Origin: Styela clava
Taxonomy: Eukaryota
NCBI RefSeq assembly: GCF_964204865.1
Contig: NC_135260.1
Coordinates: forward strand, 15,770,478-15,834,477
Length of the DNA stretch: 64,000 nucleotides
Direction: 5' to 3'
This document shows positions 1-13,510 of the stretch, piece by piece. Position numbers and translations under genes: made by a program. Every line of letters starts with the position of its first letter. The first letter of the stretch is position 1. The notes under the pieces were generated by a model. The model did not search any database and was not told where the DNA came from. It saw only the letters and a program-made list of their open reading frames with translations.

Positions 1-235
1 TTTCATTTCTAGTGTTCCGCGAGGCGACATTAAAAGTGCAAGTGTTCCGTGGCGAAAAAAGTTTGGGAAACGCTGGCTTGGGGTTGGCGTGTCGGGAGGA
101 AGCCGCCAGCAAACCTCTGGTACTAGATTATCCCCTACGGGATTTGAACCTGCGAATCTAAGCGGGGTAATCTTAGGTTAGAAATCAAGCGTACTCCTAA
201 CTAAGGATTAGCACGATGCGCCACTCAACGTGAAC
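1..235 (-). mobile_element. Second copy of the tRNA-derived SINE head and body in reverse orientation; it runs off the window start.
   Basis: The reverse complement, gtggcgcatcgtgctaatccttagttagg…gattcgcaggttcaaatcccgtaggggata, aligns with 13190–13290 at about 75% identity. Confidence 0.5.
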
Positions 236-3200
236 GTAGTCAGCTGCAGTGCACTGGCTGACATAGATACTAAATACATTGAAATACGTGTATACCCTTA
301 CCCTGGATGCTGAAATTTCAGAATTGTCCTTTACGGACGTACATACCTGTATCATGATCTTTCTTTACCACGAGGTCTAATCTAGAGACAGACTCAAAGT
401 GCTCCATACGGGCCTAAAGTCTCCACGATCTATTCGTTTACTCAAAATGACATTAATAAAATTTAAGAAGCAGCAAATACATCCGAGTTATTACATAGAG
501 TAATTTCAATTCACTCATTGATAATCGGTAAGGAACAATTTGTTTTTTGTTACGTTCTCCACGTTACGTTCTCTGTTACGTTGTCACGAGCTCCATAACA
601 CCAAATATTTGGATGGTCTCGAATAGTTGATCTATATATTATTATTTGTTGTCGTCGGTATGCTCTTGTCTTGAGCAGTTACTATACAGTAGGCTTCGGA
701 GCAACGTCACATTATGACCTCCCCTTTATCGACATCGCCGGCACGTCATTGTATGAAAACTTAAGATTATTCTTGGCTGCGCAAGTCAATGAGCTAATTT
801 GTACGCCAATGCAGAGAATGCATTGTACCCGCCGTTATTTTTTCATTGAGTTGTAGGAAGGTTACATTTTTGATGGCATTCACGTGCGCGTTTACTCTAC
901 AAATATAAACAGACAAATATAATGGAATTGCTGGATTCTTTGTACTAAGCTCCCGTCACTGATGCAAAAATGTGTGATCTGAGATAAACACCCCTGTCAC
1001 GTTTTAAAATAAAAAAATAAGTAAATATGCAGTAAGGTTTTGGGTTAGAAACGATTCAAAAATTTGAATTTCCGACTGAATCTGCATCCCTCACCTCAAC
1101 TGAATAATCACTATTTCTATTTAAATCGAGCGTTGGCGGAGTGTTGTTTTGGGGTGGGGCTTGGTACAAAAGATCCTGAGAATATTACTGTGAACTAGGT
1201 ATTATACGATGTATGAAGCCAAATACCAACCGTCATTTGCATTCTGCAACTTTGAGATCGCGCATCAGAAGCGTGATCGGCTCGTAACGACAACCTGGAG
1301 TAATTAAAGTAATCAGTTAAAAACATTTGATTACAAACAACAGTTAGCTTTTTTCGTCAAATATTTTTGCGCGGGAAGCCACAAGCGACGTCGCTTTCAG
1401 TCAGTCACAAATGTTCGTGTTAGGATGACGTTTGATTTTGTTTAGGATGTATGAATAGGGTTATGACAGTGAATTCGAAACAATATTCAGGTGAGCTGAA
1501 TGTTCCTCATACCTATTGTTTTCATTGCTATTATATTGCTTTCATTTTACTATTGTATAAGTTGTAAATTAAAGGTTTTCGGGCCTATGCGAATTGGAAT
1601 TATTAACCTAATATAGAAGTCTAGACTGATGAATGATTCTCTTTTGTATCGAACTCACTAACAGCGGGTTCTATCGTTTCCTCACAAATAGGCCAAACTT
1701 TAAAGCTATATGGCAATACATAAACTTATCATAATAGGAAACTTACCCGTAATTCACTGATCTACGTAACTACGTAAGCTGCGTTCAACATGGTACGCTT
1801 CACATGAATGTAATGCATAACTTTCAAAACTTTCGCAAATGTAGCGCAAAATCCATGGTTTAATAGAGATTCGCCGTAGCCTTTTTACTTTGATATATTA
1901 TTGTTTATAAATTGGATCTTTGTACAAAGACCCTACCACATTCAAAATAAGAGAATTAGTAATTATCCAGTTTAAGTTAGGAATGCAGATTGCGCTGGAA
2001 ATTCAAATTTTTAAATCATTCCTAACCCCAAATGGATAATTACTAATATGTCATTTGAAAACGTGGCGGGAGCTTTGTGCAAAAGATCCGATAGATTCAG
2101 TCCCGCTGTCCATTAAATTTGCTAGCTACAGTTCTGCGACAGTTTATTTATCAATATCTTAAAACCTTTTTTTAGATGCAGAAATATTAAAGGTTAAAGA
2201 TTCGAAGACACAAAGTAACGGACGAGGAATATTACAAGTAAATATTATTTGAACATTTTATTCGACTTTCGACGCCTATTGATTCCTGTATACCATTTGT
2301 TTTCGTTTAATTAAAATGCTAAACAATTCGATGCGAGCGCAACTCGTCTCCGTTCTTGCGATCAGAGTCGGCATTGTTATGTAACTTATTTGATCGTGTG
2401 TTTTCTCTCGAAATTGTAAGATTTATATTTGCACAAGTTTTAATAAGTGTCTTTCGATTCAAAAGTCTAAAAAAGTAAGACCCACGTTCACGTTTAAAAT
2501 GCTAAATAGTTCGATGCAAGCCAACATTGTTATGCCGCTTGTGTTTGATCCTGTGCATTCTATCGAAATTGTAAGATTTAGATTATGCACAAGTTTTGAT
2601 AATTGTGTTTCAAAGCAAAAGCAAAAGTCCAAAAAAAGTACTATAAATATAGTACCTTGTATCAAATTGGTGTACTCTTTGCGACCCCTAAAATTCGTTG
2701 CGCGCTTCCCTACTGGATAGCGATCCCCAGTTTGCGATCCCTATCGTGAACAATGCGATAATGCTACAAGTTGAGGTAATCAGAGGTAATTAGTCATATT
2801 ATACTCCATGAACAGTTAAACTTCATTGGGTATTTTATTGTTATTGTAATATTTGCAATTTGTGCAGTTTGAAAACTATACCTGATATGTTGTTATAAAA
2901 GTATATATTTGAAATTTAATTAATGGCAATCGCTGAATAAATTTTATTCGTCTAAAATCTAAATTGTCTAAGTTTTGGATTTTATGAAATGAAATGTCGA
3001 AATTTACCCGTTACGTATTCTATTGAAACTTACGTATAATTTTAGAAAAAAATGTTCAGAAAAGAGTCTCACCTTGAGAATGAGGTACAATATGATACAC
3101 TAACATATCATTTTAACTAAAGGATGTAATTTTGGTGTAAAATCAGCGACATGGTTGAAAATGAACTAAAATGAATTACATAGTTGGTTTTTTGTATCAT

Positions 3201-3544
3201 TTGCATAAGCATAGCTTTGCAGGGTCTCTGTCAAGTAACAGTTGTGTGAATTAACTACCTGAAAATGGCATAGTTGGCTCAACGAAATTTAGTTTAATTC
3301 AAATTGAGAATTGGCTTACACAAAATCACGACGTATATATTGAAATATATTATATATTGAGCAGCGTTTTGAAACACTGCTTGAAAGTCGGCAGGACAAT
3401 TTATCATTGCACCAAAAGAAATTCGTCAAGTGCCAGGTTTCCATCACTGAGTGAGATGGAGGCCTATCAAGTCTGGCGAACAAGTATGTAACCAAATCAT
3501 TTAAAATCTCTCAAGTTACATGTCTATAAATAAATGATATATTG

Positions 3545-3900
3545 TATTTTTTGGGGGGAAATCTACAGACAAATTATTACTTTTAATATATTGAGTATAA
3601 GCTCAGTTTTGTTTCGTCTGTTAAATGAAATTTTCTATAAATTACAACCTCAATTTCATAATAACATGATTCGCACAACTACTGTTTTATTCTGGCTATT
3701 GAGTCGGCCCAGTAAATAAGGCGGGGGTGATTTTTTAGTATTAAAAATTAAGCTTTTTTTGTTCCCGCCCAATAGTCGAGACACAAGAATGCATTACATT
3801 GGTCTTCTTTTTGTCAGTTTAGGCAACAATGCGCGCTCATAATTGGATATGGAAAAATCTGTTAAAATCATGCCATGTTCATTTCGTAGAATCGCGGAAT
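3545..3900 (+). repeat. Dispersed repeat of about 360–390 bp of unknown family. A second direct copy lies at 5447–5840 at about 75% identity.
   Basis: Shared blocks: gggaaatctacagacaaa…attgagtata…, …gcaccaatgcgcgctcataatt…tatgg.aaa.tct…ccatgttcatttc.tag.atcg.gg. Confidence 0.55.
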
Positions 3901-5446
3901 TAACTATTTTGTACTACAAATTACCTGCAGCAATATACGGTGAATAATGGCATAGTCAGTACAGCACTGCACGTTTAGGGGCTAACTGCTGTGTTGTCCC
4001 ATCTGCTGTCGTTTCGTTTAATCGTCCAAACCGAAAGACCAATTACTATCTTGTAATGTCAGTTTATAGGATCATTAGGCCATCATAAATAAAAGGCGTT
4101 TTATCGCAATAGGGCGCCACGTTATGATTACAGTGAATTTTTTTCAGAGTGATACTATTATAAGGTAATCCAGCAGTGTATATCTGCAGCGATACTGAAA
4201 TGATTTGAACTATGCCTCGTTAAGTGCAATTCGGTTAAAACCCAATCCAACTTAATAACCATGCTAATATTAAAACTTATTGTTCAACTTGTTGTTTATC
4301 ATAGAGTGCCTATATATGCCTAATTTGTCGAAATCGTAGTTCTGGCCTTTTTTATAAATTTGATGAGGGTTTTCGCCACAAATGGTAGTTCGCACTAACT
4401 ACCATACTATATAAAGTAATTAGGCCAATTTCTTAAATGTAACTGTAGCTCATCGTGATTTGCACGCTCTGGTAGGAAACAGTTGATAACCATGCAGCCA
4501 TCAATGTTCCCAACTAGTTCAAACTAGAATCGCCCCAAATTTTCAATAATGATATTATCAGAGTGATAATAGAAAATTTCCAAAAACGATACTGTATAAA
4601 TTATATTCAACCAAGTGTAAACTCTTTTTTGGTCCATATCCCCTTGGTAAAAGTCCTCAAAAGTTATCATACCATCCATGTTCATAACTATTCGAATTTA
4701 GAGACATGGAAATATGTGTCATATTTTCCCTATTGTTAGTGCGGGTCACCTCATGTTATGCCTAATCATGTGTATTAAGAAGAGCTTAAATATGAACTCT
4801 CCTATATAATCTCTACCGCTTGTTAGTTAGATTTTTCATACAGCACTCAAAACTCTAGAATTTTTAATTTTTCAATTAGATATTAGCAGAGTTGTCCATG
4901 GAAATGGGATGGGACAGCACACATTTGTATTTCCAATGGGGCACGAAAACCGTATGATTTTAGGGAAAATGATGGTAAAACATTTCGTTATGGATTTCGT
5001 GTCCATATATTTGAGCATAGCTCTCTTGTTAGGTATAAAGAGCGAAATATATTCAGCACTAACAATATATTTCGTGAAGGGGCTGATGGACACATGTATA
5101 ATAGTTATGAATATAAAGTTAACAAAGTCCGTAAATATTGTTGTTTCGCATGTCTCTTCTTACATGTAGTCCTTTTTCTTTGACGCTTAACCTAAATTTA
5201 ACAATATTTATTGATTTTTATTCCAATGGGAATCCCATGGGATGGGATGTGACAAGGATAATTGTTATGGGATGGGAAGGAGACAAAAAAATATGTCCCA
5301 TGGACAGGCCTGCTTATGTCTATATTTATTAGCATGTGTCGCATAGTCATATATTGTTATTTATTTTGTTGAATGCAATTTGAAACTGATTCGTTTTTTC
5401 CAATCGTGTAAATTACTTGTATATCTATCAATAAAGAATATTTGTA

Positions 5447-5840
5447 ATTTTTTCGGGAAATCTGCAGACAAAGTTATATTTTTATTATATTGAGTATACT
5501 CAGCTTTGGTTTATCTGTCAAATAAAATTTTTTATGGAGAATCCCCTAAATACGTTATAATATCATGATTCGGGCAACTATCGTTTTTTTTTCTGGCTAA
5601 TAAGCGAATAAGACAAGAATAAATTTTAGCAATGAAAAATCGTGTTTTTCTCATATTACCGCCCAATATTCGGGATAAAAATTGCATTACGTTGTTCCAA
5701 AGTTTGTCAGATTTTTGTCATTCTTGAGAAGGAACTCTTTCCCTTGTGTTTGCAATAATGCTGTTGGTTTGAGCACCAATGCGCGCTCATAATTTTATAT
5801 GGCAAAGTCTTCAGAACCGGACCCGTGTTCATTTCTTAGT
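5447..5840 (+). repeat. Second copy of the dispersed repeat at 3545–3900.
   Basis: See 3545–3900. Confidence 0.55.
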
Positions 5841-6736
5841 ATCGTCGGCATGAAATTGAATATTCTACCAAAAAAACTGTAAGTTAGCGTTAAAAATGTA
5901 TCAGCAAATATTCCCTGGGGCAATGGTTCTTAAAGGGTGGGGCGCACCTTGCAAAAGGGGCGTAGACAATTTTTGAGGGGGCATGTAGCTAATTAAATCT
6001 ATTTTTTGTTTGTTGGACTTAATCGCGCATTTTTTGGATATTCACATTCCATCCCCGTATTTTTGAATGAAACATACTACGTATTTGTTATTTGTACATT
6101 TTTGCATGCTAGCTAGTTATTTTTGAGGTGTGGCGAGCATTCTCATAACAAGAGTTACATTGTAATCTCCACAATTTGTAAAAATATTTTCATAGCTATA
6201 CTATACTTATGAAATTTTTTTTTCTACTTAGGATATAAGTACCAGTACTTCTTTATTGATTTCTCCTTGAACCCTCCCTCGAACACGTCTAGCTAACTGC
6301 TAGAACAGCATTGTATTAATAATAATATAGAGGGAAAATCATTACTTCTAAAACACGGCAACTCATTTCTATAATGAATTAAATTGAGTACACACTGAGT
6401 TTTGCGGATACAAGGGTGTCTATATATCCTGTGTCATATCTATACGTATATTGCCTTCTTCATTGATAGCATAGTCATTATTATCCTGCATAAAATTTAT
6501 TGATTATATTTTATGAGCCAATCTGGCTAATCTCATATATGTCATTTGAAATAATAATGGTCTATGACCATGGTAGTAACCAGTTAACCGTGCCATTCCT
6601 GTTCCAAGCTAGAATTACATTAGCTTTCCAATAACGATGTTATGTAAGTACGTCCAACTGAGTGTATCAACGTGAATTCTATACCATTTGGCACTGCTTA
6701 ACTACGCCATACAAGCCCCAAACTGAAAAATTGTTT

Positions 6737-7660
6737 CCAGTGGCGATACTGTAACAAAGTGGTTCTCAAACTTCTTCGTATTGTGACGCCCTCCGAAAAA
6801 ATATGTTCAAGTTGCGACTCCCCGTGAAACCCGTCTTAATACCTTTCAACAAAAGACCTTTTTTGCAATGAGTTTCATTTAAACGAACAAACAAAACTAA
6901 ACCAAGGTCGGGGAAATTGCATTCAATGGGATGGGAATACTTGCGTCTTTTTACAATTGTCACTGAACTTTGGTGAGAATTGTGAGAGCCGCACGCATTT
7001 CCCTCTCAACATTTACTCGAGATCGATATTTTGTGTGTATTACGACCATGGTCGAATAACCTGCTTTACATGGATACGAAGTCGCAAAAGGGATCAAAGT
7101 GCGCAACGCTTTTTTTACCAAGGAAGGATAATCACTATTGAGGGAAATCCAAAAACTCATTTTCAGAATTAAAATTTCTTTTTACGTCGATTTCGTTCAA
7201 AAAAGAGAGATCGATATTTTGTGTGTATTACGACCATGGTCGAATAACCTGCTTTACATGGATACGAAGTCGCAAAAGGGATCAAAGTGCGCAACGCTTT
7301 TTTTACCAAGGAAGGATAATCACTATTGAGGGAAATCCAAAAACTCATTTTCAGAATTAAAATTTCTTTTTACGTCGATTTCGTTCAAAAATGGCAAAAA
7401 AAAATCAGCAATGTATTGTTGAAGCAAGATTTTAGCCAGTTATCTAATAAGCCCAAACGGCATTTAGTAACATTGCATCCCCAGTTGCGACAAAAGTCGC
7501 GGAGTTTTTCTACTTGAACGATCCAAAGTCAATTTAGCCTACGTCATACTTGCGTTTTTTGACTTTTCTTGTTCAGTATCATTTTCACAAAGCAAAAGAG
7601 ATTCCGCAGAAAAAAAATTTGCGATGCCCACTTTGAGAACCACTGCTGTATCGTATCAAT
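6737..7660. mobile_element. Degenerate element bounded by inverted repeats containing GTGGTTCTCAAA, with an internal tandem duplication.
   Basis: 6738 ccagtggcgatactgtaacaaagtggttctcaaac, versus the reverse complement of 7625–7660, attgatacgatacagcagtggttctcaaagtgg. Related to the CAGTGGTTCT family. Confidence 0.45.
7019..7391 (+). repeat. Tandem duplication, 2 × about 188 bp (7019–7206 and 7207–7391).
   Basis: The two copies are near-identical. Track ORFs 7138..7329 and 7326..7517 share an identical N-terminus (MREIQKLIFRIKISFYVDFVQK) because of the duplication. Confidence 0.85.
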
Positions 7661-8374
7661 ATAGCGGTAAATCCTATTGGTATAGTCCGTTCATGTTCTA
7701 CTTGTCTGCCGGTACTAATATGTTAAGTTATTATGTGAATATCTCTATACAAATTATGAAATAGAATAAATACACGGGTTTTACGGATACAAGCATGTCT
7801 ATATTTCTTATGATTTATTTATACAGGTATTACGTTATTGATAAAATGGTCCTTATTATTCTGTGTAGAATTTACTTGTTTAATCTTATGAGCAAAACTC
7901 GTTTTTGCCACAAAATAGTATGATACTATAAAAAAAGAAACCGACTAAGCTCAGAAATGTAACTGTAAATTATCATGGTCTATACCAGGGGTTCACAAAC
8001 TTTTTAGTCGCAGTAATATATACTGTAATATTTTAGACTTCTAGTATAAGCTTAGCTTCCCTGTGTCCCTGTTAATTACAACTCCAAAGATTGATAATGA
8101 CATAGTATGAACAACTGTATCTCTTCTATGTATTTCTGTCAAATAGCACTTTTTGTGATTTAAATACCTTGATAGTGTCTATAGGGTCAACAAAATTTAG
8201 TTTCTCCTAAAGTTAGATAGACTCGGTATAACATGATCATGACATTAAATTAATTTTTTTTATATAAGCTCACCTTTGCTTTACCTCTGTCAAACAGCAT
8301 ATTTTGTGATTTATAAATCCAAAACTTGATAATAAAACTATATTTATTTTCAGTTTTTTAAAACACTGCGTGAA

Positions 8375-8660
8375 AGAGTTATTACATCAAACGGAATCAA
8401 CATTGTTAATAGTCTCGTGCATCACGGAGTGAGATGGCAGCCTATATAGTCGGAAGAGTAAAGAGCAAGTATGCAATCTTATAAATCTTTAAATTCATTT
8501 GAATTGGCTTCCATCACCATCAAGTCCATGCTTCCGAAAACAAATAACTAACTAATCCCACACTCGACATGGAATGGCAACCTGACGAGAGGCCGTAGTT
8601 CGCCATATGGTTAAGCCGTCTTATCGGCTTTCCTCTCCTCGGGATAAATATGTAAATCCT
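8375..8660 (+). mobile_element. Composite SINE-like repeat. The 3' 155 bp matches the SINE tail at 13352–13510 at about 80% identity. The 5' part matches a different repeat seen at 3361–3500.
   Basis: Direct alignment of the segments. This suggests SINE subfamilies that share a tail but carry different heads. Confidence 0.5.
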
Positions 8661-10386
8661 ATCCTTTCCACCACCTCACGGAACTAAAATCCACTCCATT
8701 TTCGATTTCTTTCAGAGTGGCCAAAATAAAATTGATTGATTCTCCATTATCGTATATTGCCCATTCTCGTCTCTGAAAATGCTTTTCATCCAGAATACAA
8801 CACAGAATAAACAACGCTCTCGGGCTATGCGGATCAAAGTACATGAGCAAAACGCATGGTAGGTTCTGTACGAAAACAATCAGTCGATTGTGAAATCACA
8901 CCACGACCCTGCTGTACCGGTAAAGGAACACGTGCACACAGCGAGGATGCCAAATCAATAGTACCAGTACCGGTAAGGAGATTTGTTTCGACTGTATAAT
9001 CAGCATAACGACGATACACAAATTCGGTAACAAAATGGAATGTTGAAGAGATGATTAAAAACGACCGAAATCAAACTAAATTTATATAATTTATAGATAT
9101 GTTCAAAATCGGAAGTGGACAGGCTGCGAGTGACCAAAAAAAACTGCAACTACTTTACTTTAATTAAACTCGTGCACCTGAAAACTGGTAACGCAAATGC
9201 CAATGGTCCGTGTTGAGTTGTGATGTTGTAACGGATCGAATAAGTCAACTGTTATAGAGGATAGAATGATACCGAAGAGTGAACGGATTGATGTTAGAGA
9301 GAGATTTATTGCCACTAAACAAACTCAACACTATTATAAACATAATACAATAACGAAAATATTTCAGCAGTAATGACAGTGATTGATTATTGCTTTGTGC
9401 GGGTCGGTGTGCAAGACCGATTAAAGTCATCTAGGCTCTCGACCCTTGTTTATATGCTGTATATAAGACTATCATGGCATAAAATAGTACAATAGGTGGA
9501 TGCAAACGAGAATAAACATAAAATATAAATAAGATAAAGAGATGAGTCGACAATTTAATGGTATTATGGAAGTTAATATTAATAAGGGCAATTTAGGATT
9601 TTGAGAGATCATGTATATATTGGTTGAACTCGGACATGTCCAATGGAAAGATTTTCGCAAAAAGCATTTTTTTTTATTGGGCAATGACCGGGTTAAAAAT
9701 GAAATATTAGGGACGAGAAATAATATCATCACAGATTCAGCATTACAGCGAGCGCATGAAGTAAAAGTATCATTTCCCACCTCAATTAGTTCACGAGAAG
9801 AATATAGGGAAATTTTTTTTAATAAGCACTGAATATTGTATAGTTGCTATCAACATTCATAAGTATCTATACATATTTGAAAAAGAACTGAAATATTATT
9901 ATATGATTCACAATTAAATACACAGTTCACTTGTTACATAGTGGGTTTTACAATATAAAGAGAACATTACTTGAAATAGACTGGAATATTAATGTATGAT
10001 TCACAAGTATGATCCATGAGTAAGATAGGTTATCAGTTATTTTGAAATGTATTAAAAAACTATAAATTGTCACAAATTTGGCCGCAAACACAACGTTTCA
10101 TCATTTCTGATCATTCAAATTAAATGACTTCATAGCGATACATCGACATGACGCTGTATAATGCATGCGCAACAATAGTGCAATACACTCTGGATTAGGG
10201 AAAGAGGCACTGTGAGTTTTCGACCGAAGCCTCACTAGGTTTGTCATATTCTGCATATGATTGAAAACTACATGTACTAGAATATTTTATATATATATGT
10301 ATATTTTTGGAATTTTTACTAACATCAGTTGTGCAAGAATTCTAACACTTATAAATTTTTAGCAGACGGGCCTTCTATAACGAAAA

Positions 10387-10497
10387 GTGGACCTCCTGAA
10401 GTATGCGCACCACGATGTCGCACAGCCTGAACATTGTATATGTACCAGGTTAGGATTAAGGTGTGCGACATCTTGGTGCGCATACTTCAGGAGCACC
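10387..10497. mobile_element. MITE family A, copy 1 (short form, about 110 bp).
   Basis: Inverted ends GTGGACCTCCTGAAGTATGCGCACCA…GGTGCGCATACTTCAGGAGCACC. A-rich flanks, gaaaag and aaaaag. Confidence 0.6.
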
Positions 10498-11098
10498 AAA
10501 AAAGTCAACTTGAATCAGTCACATCTGAGGAATCGCCTATATCAGGGGTGGCCGACCGCGTTCGACTAAAATCTTAAAAATAGATCGCGATCGACTGATC
10601 GTTAATAGGGTTCTACACAAAAACGAATGGGCACTGAATGTGCAGATAACTGTACACACGCATACAAAAAATTAGCAAAATCGACACTAAATTTGTATTT
10701 TTCATGTTCCATTCAAGTTGTTGATTTGGATATTTAATTGTACCCGGAGTAAACGTTTCATTATTTATTTAAGATTAATTGAAATCATACAATTCAGATA
10801 AAGGACCTGTCTAATTTTCAGTCGTAAGTGTTGAAAATTCTTCAAGAAACCTTGCCAAGTATTATCCAAACAGCGAAAAATAAATATTCTCAAACCATGA
10901 ATGTTACATGACTGCTCAAACTTTAGTATCTAATTTACAATTTTCTCCAAGCGCGATTCTTCGCTTGCTTACAATTAGAACAAACTGGGCATTTTGATGC
11001 CACTGCTACCATTGCGAATAAAATGTATCACACTACTCTTGGAGTGAGACAATAATTTCGTATAGCTTGAAGTTATTGTAGGATTGTTCGTCAGTCTA

Positions 11099-12945
11099 GA
11101 CCAGTGGTTCTTAAACTTTTTGAGCCGCGCCCCCCTTTGAAAATATTTACAAACTTCGCGCCTCCCCTATTTTTGCTTTGAAAAAATGCTTTTGTGATGG
11201 GCAGGTTGCTATTTAATAAGATGGCGCTATAAGAGTGTTGGTCTCATATCGTCATTGCTCAGATTGTTTAGGCATAAAACGCTTCGGAGTACAACTTTGC
11301 CATTCACTGTCGTATGTATAAAGCCAAATAATGGTTGGTCATCATACATTCTCGTTTTTCCCCTCAGTTTGTAATACCTGGTAAAGTAAAACTAATTTTT
11401 AAGTAAAACTAAACACGCAATGAACCTATGCTTTAATGTATTTTCTGCTTAAACGTTTACATAAGAACGTAAAATTTCAATCAATTGTTTACTTCATCAC
11501 TATTGAGCGATGCCAAAATTATTTACTGTGTGTTAAAAATAAGCACCAATTACTTGTTGGCTTGCCTAACGTTTCAAACAAAATGAAGAAGTACAAATGA
11601 GTTTATGTAAATTTAAAAGCAGTTCATTTTTTAATAGTTTTTATGAATGTGGACGTTTCCTCGGCCCTTGACCACTGAAAAATTGAGTCGCTAAGGCGTT
11701 TGCGATTGCATTTTGTTTAAATCTCGATTGTTTTCGTAAGCGTGGCCCGCTATGCCGTAAAAATCTTGATTTTGGTGATTTTTTTCCCTAAATCAGAAAT
11801 TTCCCTCGACATATTCTTGTGTCGCGAAGACGATTATAATTACTTTTTTTATTTTCGAATAGAACCATGACATCTCTGAGGAAAACGAGTTAGTTTTTAT
11901 TATATAATCATCAGCGACGAGATGCTAAAGATAGAATAAAGTAGTGAATCTGCAACCAAATATTTCTTTATTGTAAAAGCGAGATTATAAAATACTAAAA
12001 ATAAAACAGAAAACACCATGAGTTTTGTTTTGGGGTGGACCGCGACAGATTAAAAACACTTTCTTAGACATTGCAAATCTCATGAATTCCTTGTGCCTGC
12101 GGCACACCAGTAGTGTTCTAAAACTACAGACTTGAAATAAATTTTACTCCGTGGGATTTTATCGTAGACTAAGGAATTAATCGAGCATTGCGATAAAGCG
12201 GAGTAAGAGTTGCAGGGACAGCTCATAATGGTGAAATTGGCAAGAATACAAATCAAAACAAAATGTAATCGGGCACTTTGCCACACGTTTTTATGGTTGC
12301 GGATTACCGTGGTATTTTGGAGTAGTGGTGCTTTTATTTTATCGACGCAATCGCAGATTTAATTTATCACAATCAAATGAATAAAGCAACCATTTTAAAT
12401 GAATATTTTATTCAACACGAAAACCATTACATATCCGTTGACAAAGTGGGCTCTTATAAGGACTGGCGTAATGTCGAGGACAGACTCAGGATTCGTACCG
12501 CGGGGATTTCGAGTCGATGAATATGTATTTTAATTGTACTAAATTAAGTATACTTTCTGGGATATTATATCAGATTTTTCTAATGAAGTCAACGAATTCG
12601 CATCAGTGCAATATATATCAAATCGAAATATAATCGGGCAGTTATCACACTTTGATATGTCCGTGGATTGGCGTGGTATTTTAGATCGGTAATGAATTTA
12701 TTTTGACATGAGTCGCCGCAACCGCAAGTTACCTTACACAAATGAATTAAAATAGAGAGACATTTTGAATTTTTTTCAGTTATTACGAGACGGAAAAAAT
12801 TATTATACCATGAAAAAGCCGGTATTTTTAATGAACGCGGAGACCGTTTCAGGAGCCGTTACATCTAAATTTCCGATTCCATCTTGTGACCTCTTGCGCC
12901 CCCCCTGTGAGCATCTCGCGCCCCCCAGTTTAAGAACCACTGGTT
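11099..12945. mobile_element. Tc1/mariner-like TA-flanked element of about 1.85 kb, nested inside the hAT-like element.
   Basis: Inverted repeats GACCAGTGGTTCTTAAACTT… and …CAGTTTAAGAACCACTGGTT, with TA immediately outside both ends (11097–98 and 12946–47). Subterminal GCGCCCCCC runs are present. Confidence 0.6.
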
Positions 12946-13184
12946 TAAACAAAACTCGGTTAACAGGAAGGCACCTTTTCAATTCGTAATATTAACCGAA
13001 GAAGCGCTTTTTTGAGTATCTACTCTGTTTGAAAAGAATTTGAGCAGAAACTAGGGCACCTAACTTGCTGAAATCGGCAAAAGCACTTTCGCACTTTTTT
13101 AGAGTTAGAGTTAACACTGATGTGGGTATTTTACGAACTTTAAATAAAAATTTCACCTGTAGTTTTGATACCTGTAGTTGTGGC

Positions 13185-13510
13185 AGTGTGGCTCATGTTG
13201 CTAAGCGTTAGGAATATGCTTGCCACCGCACCTCTGATAACTCTGCATGGATTCGAAGGTTCGGATCCCATGAAGGGATAGTTATGTGTGAGAGGATTGC
13301 TAGATCTTTGCCGCCATAGGGTGGTACACGTAACCGGTGGTCGGTTACGACTTCCTCCACCATCAAGTCCATGCTTCTGAAAAAACAAATAACTTATCCC
13401 ATACCCGACATGGAATGGTATCCGGACGGGAGACCGTGGGTTCCGATAAGGTTATTAAGCTTCCTTATCGGCTTTCCTCTCCTCCGAGATAAAATGTCAA
13501 TCCTATCATA
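13185..13510 (+). mobile_element. tRNA-derived SINE.
   Basis: The head has a tRNA-like box A, gtggctcatgttgctaagcg, and box B, ggttcggatccc. The tail, ccatcaagtccatgcttctg…tatcggctttcctctcctc…aatcctatc, is shared with 8505–8660. Confidence 0.6.

Noticed and set aside
8659-9019. Two minus-strand ORFs (63 and 61 aa) in a moderately GC-rich patch
   Set aside because: No homology, no flanking splice-site pattern that extends a frame, and the patch is adjacent to SINE-derived sequence. Probably non-coding.
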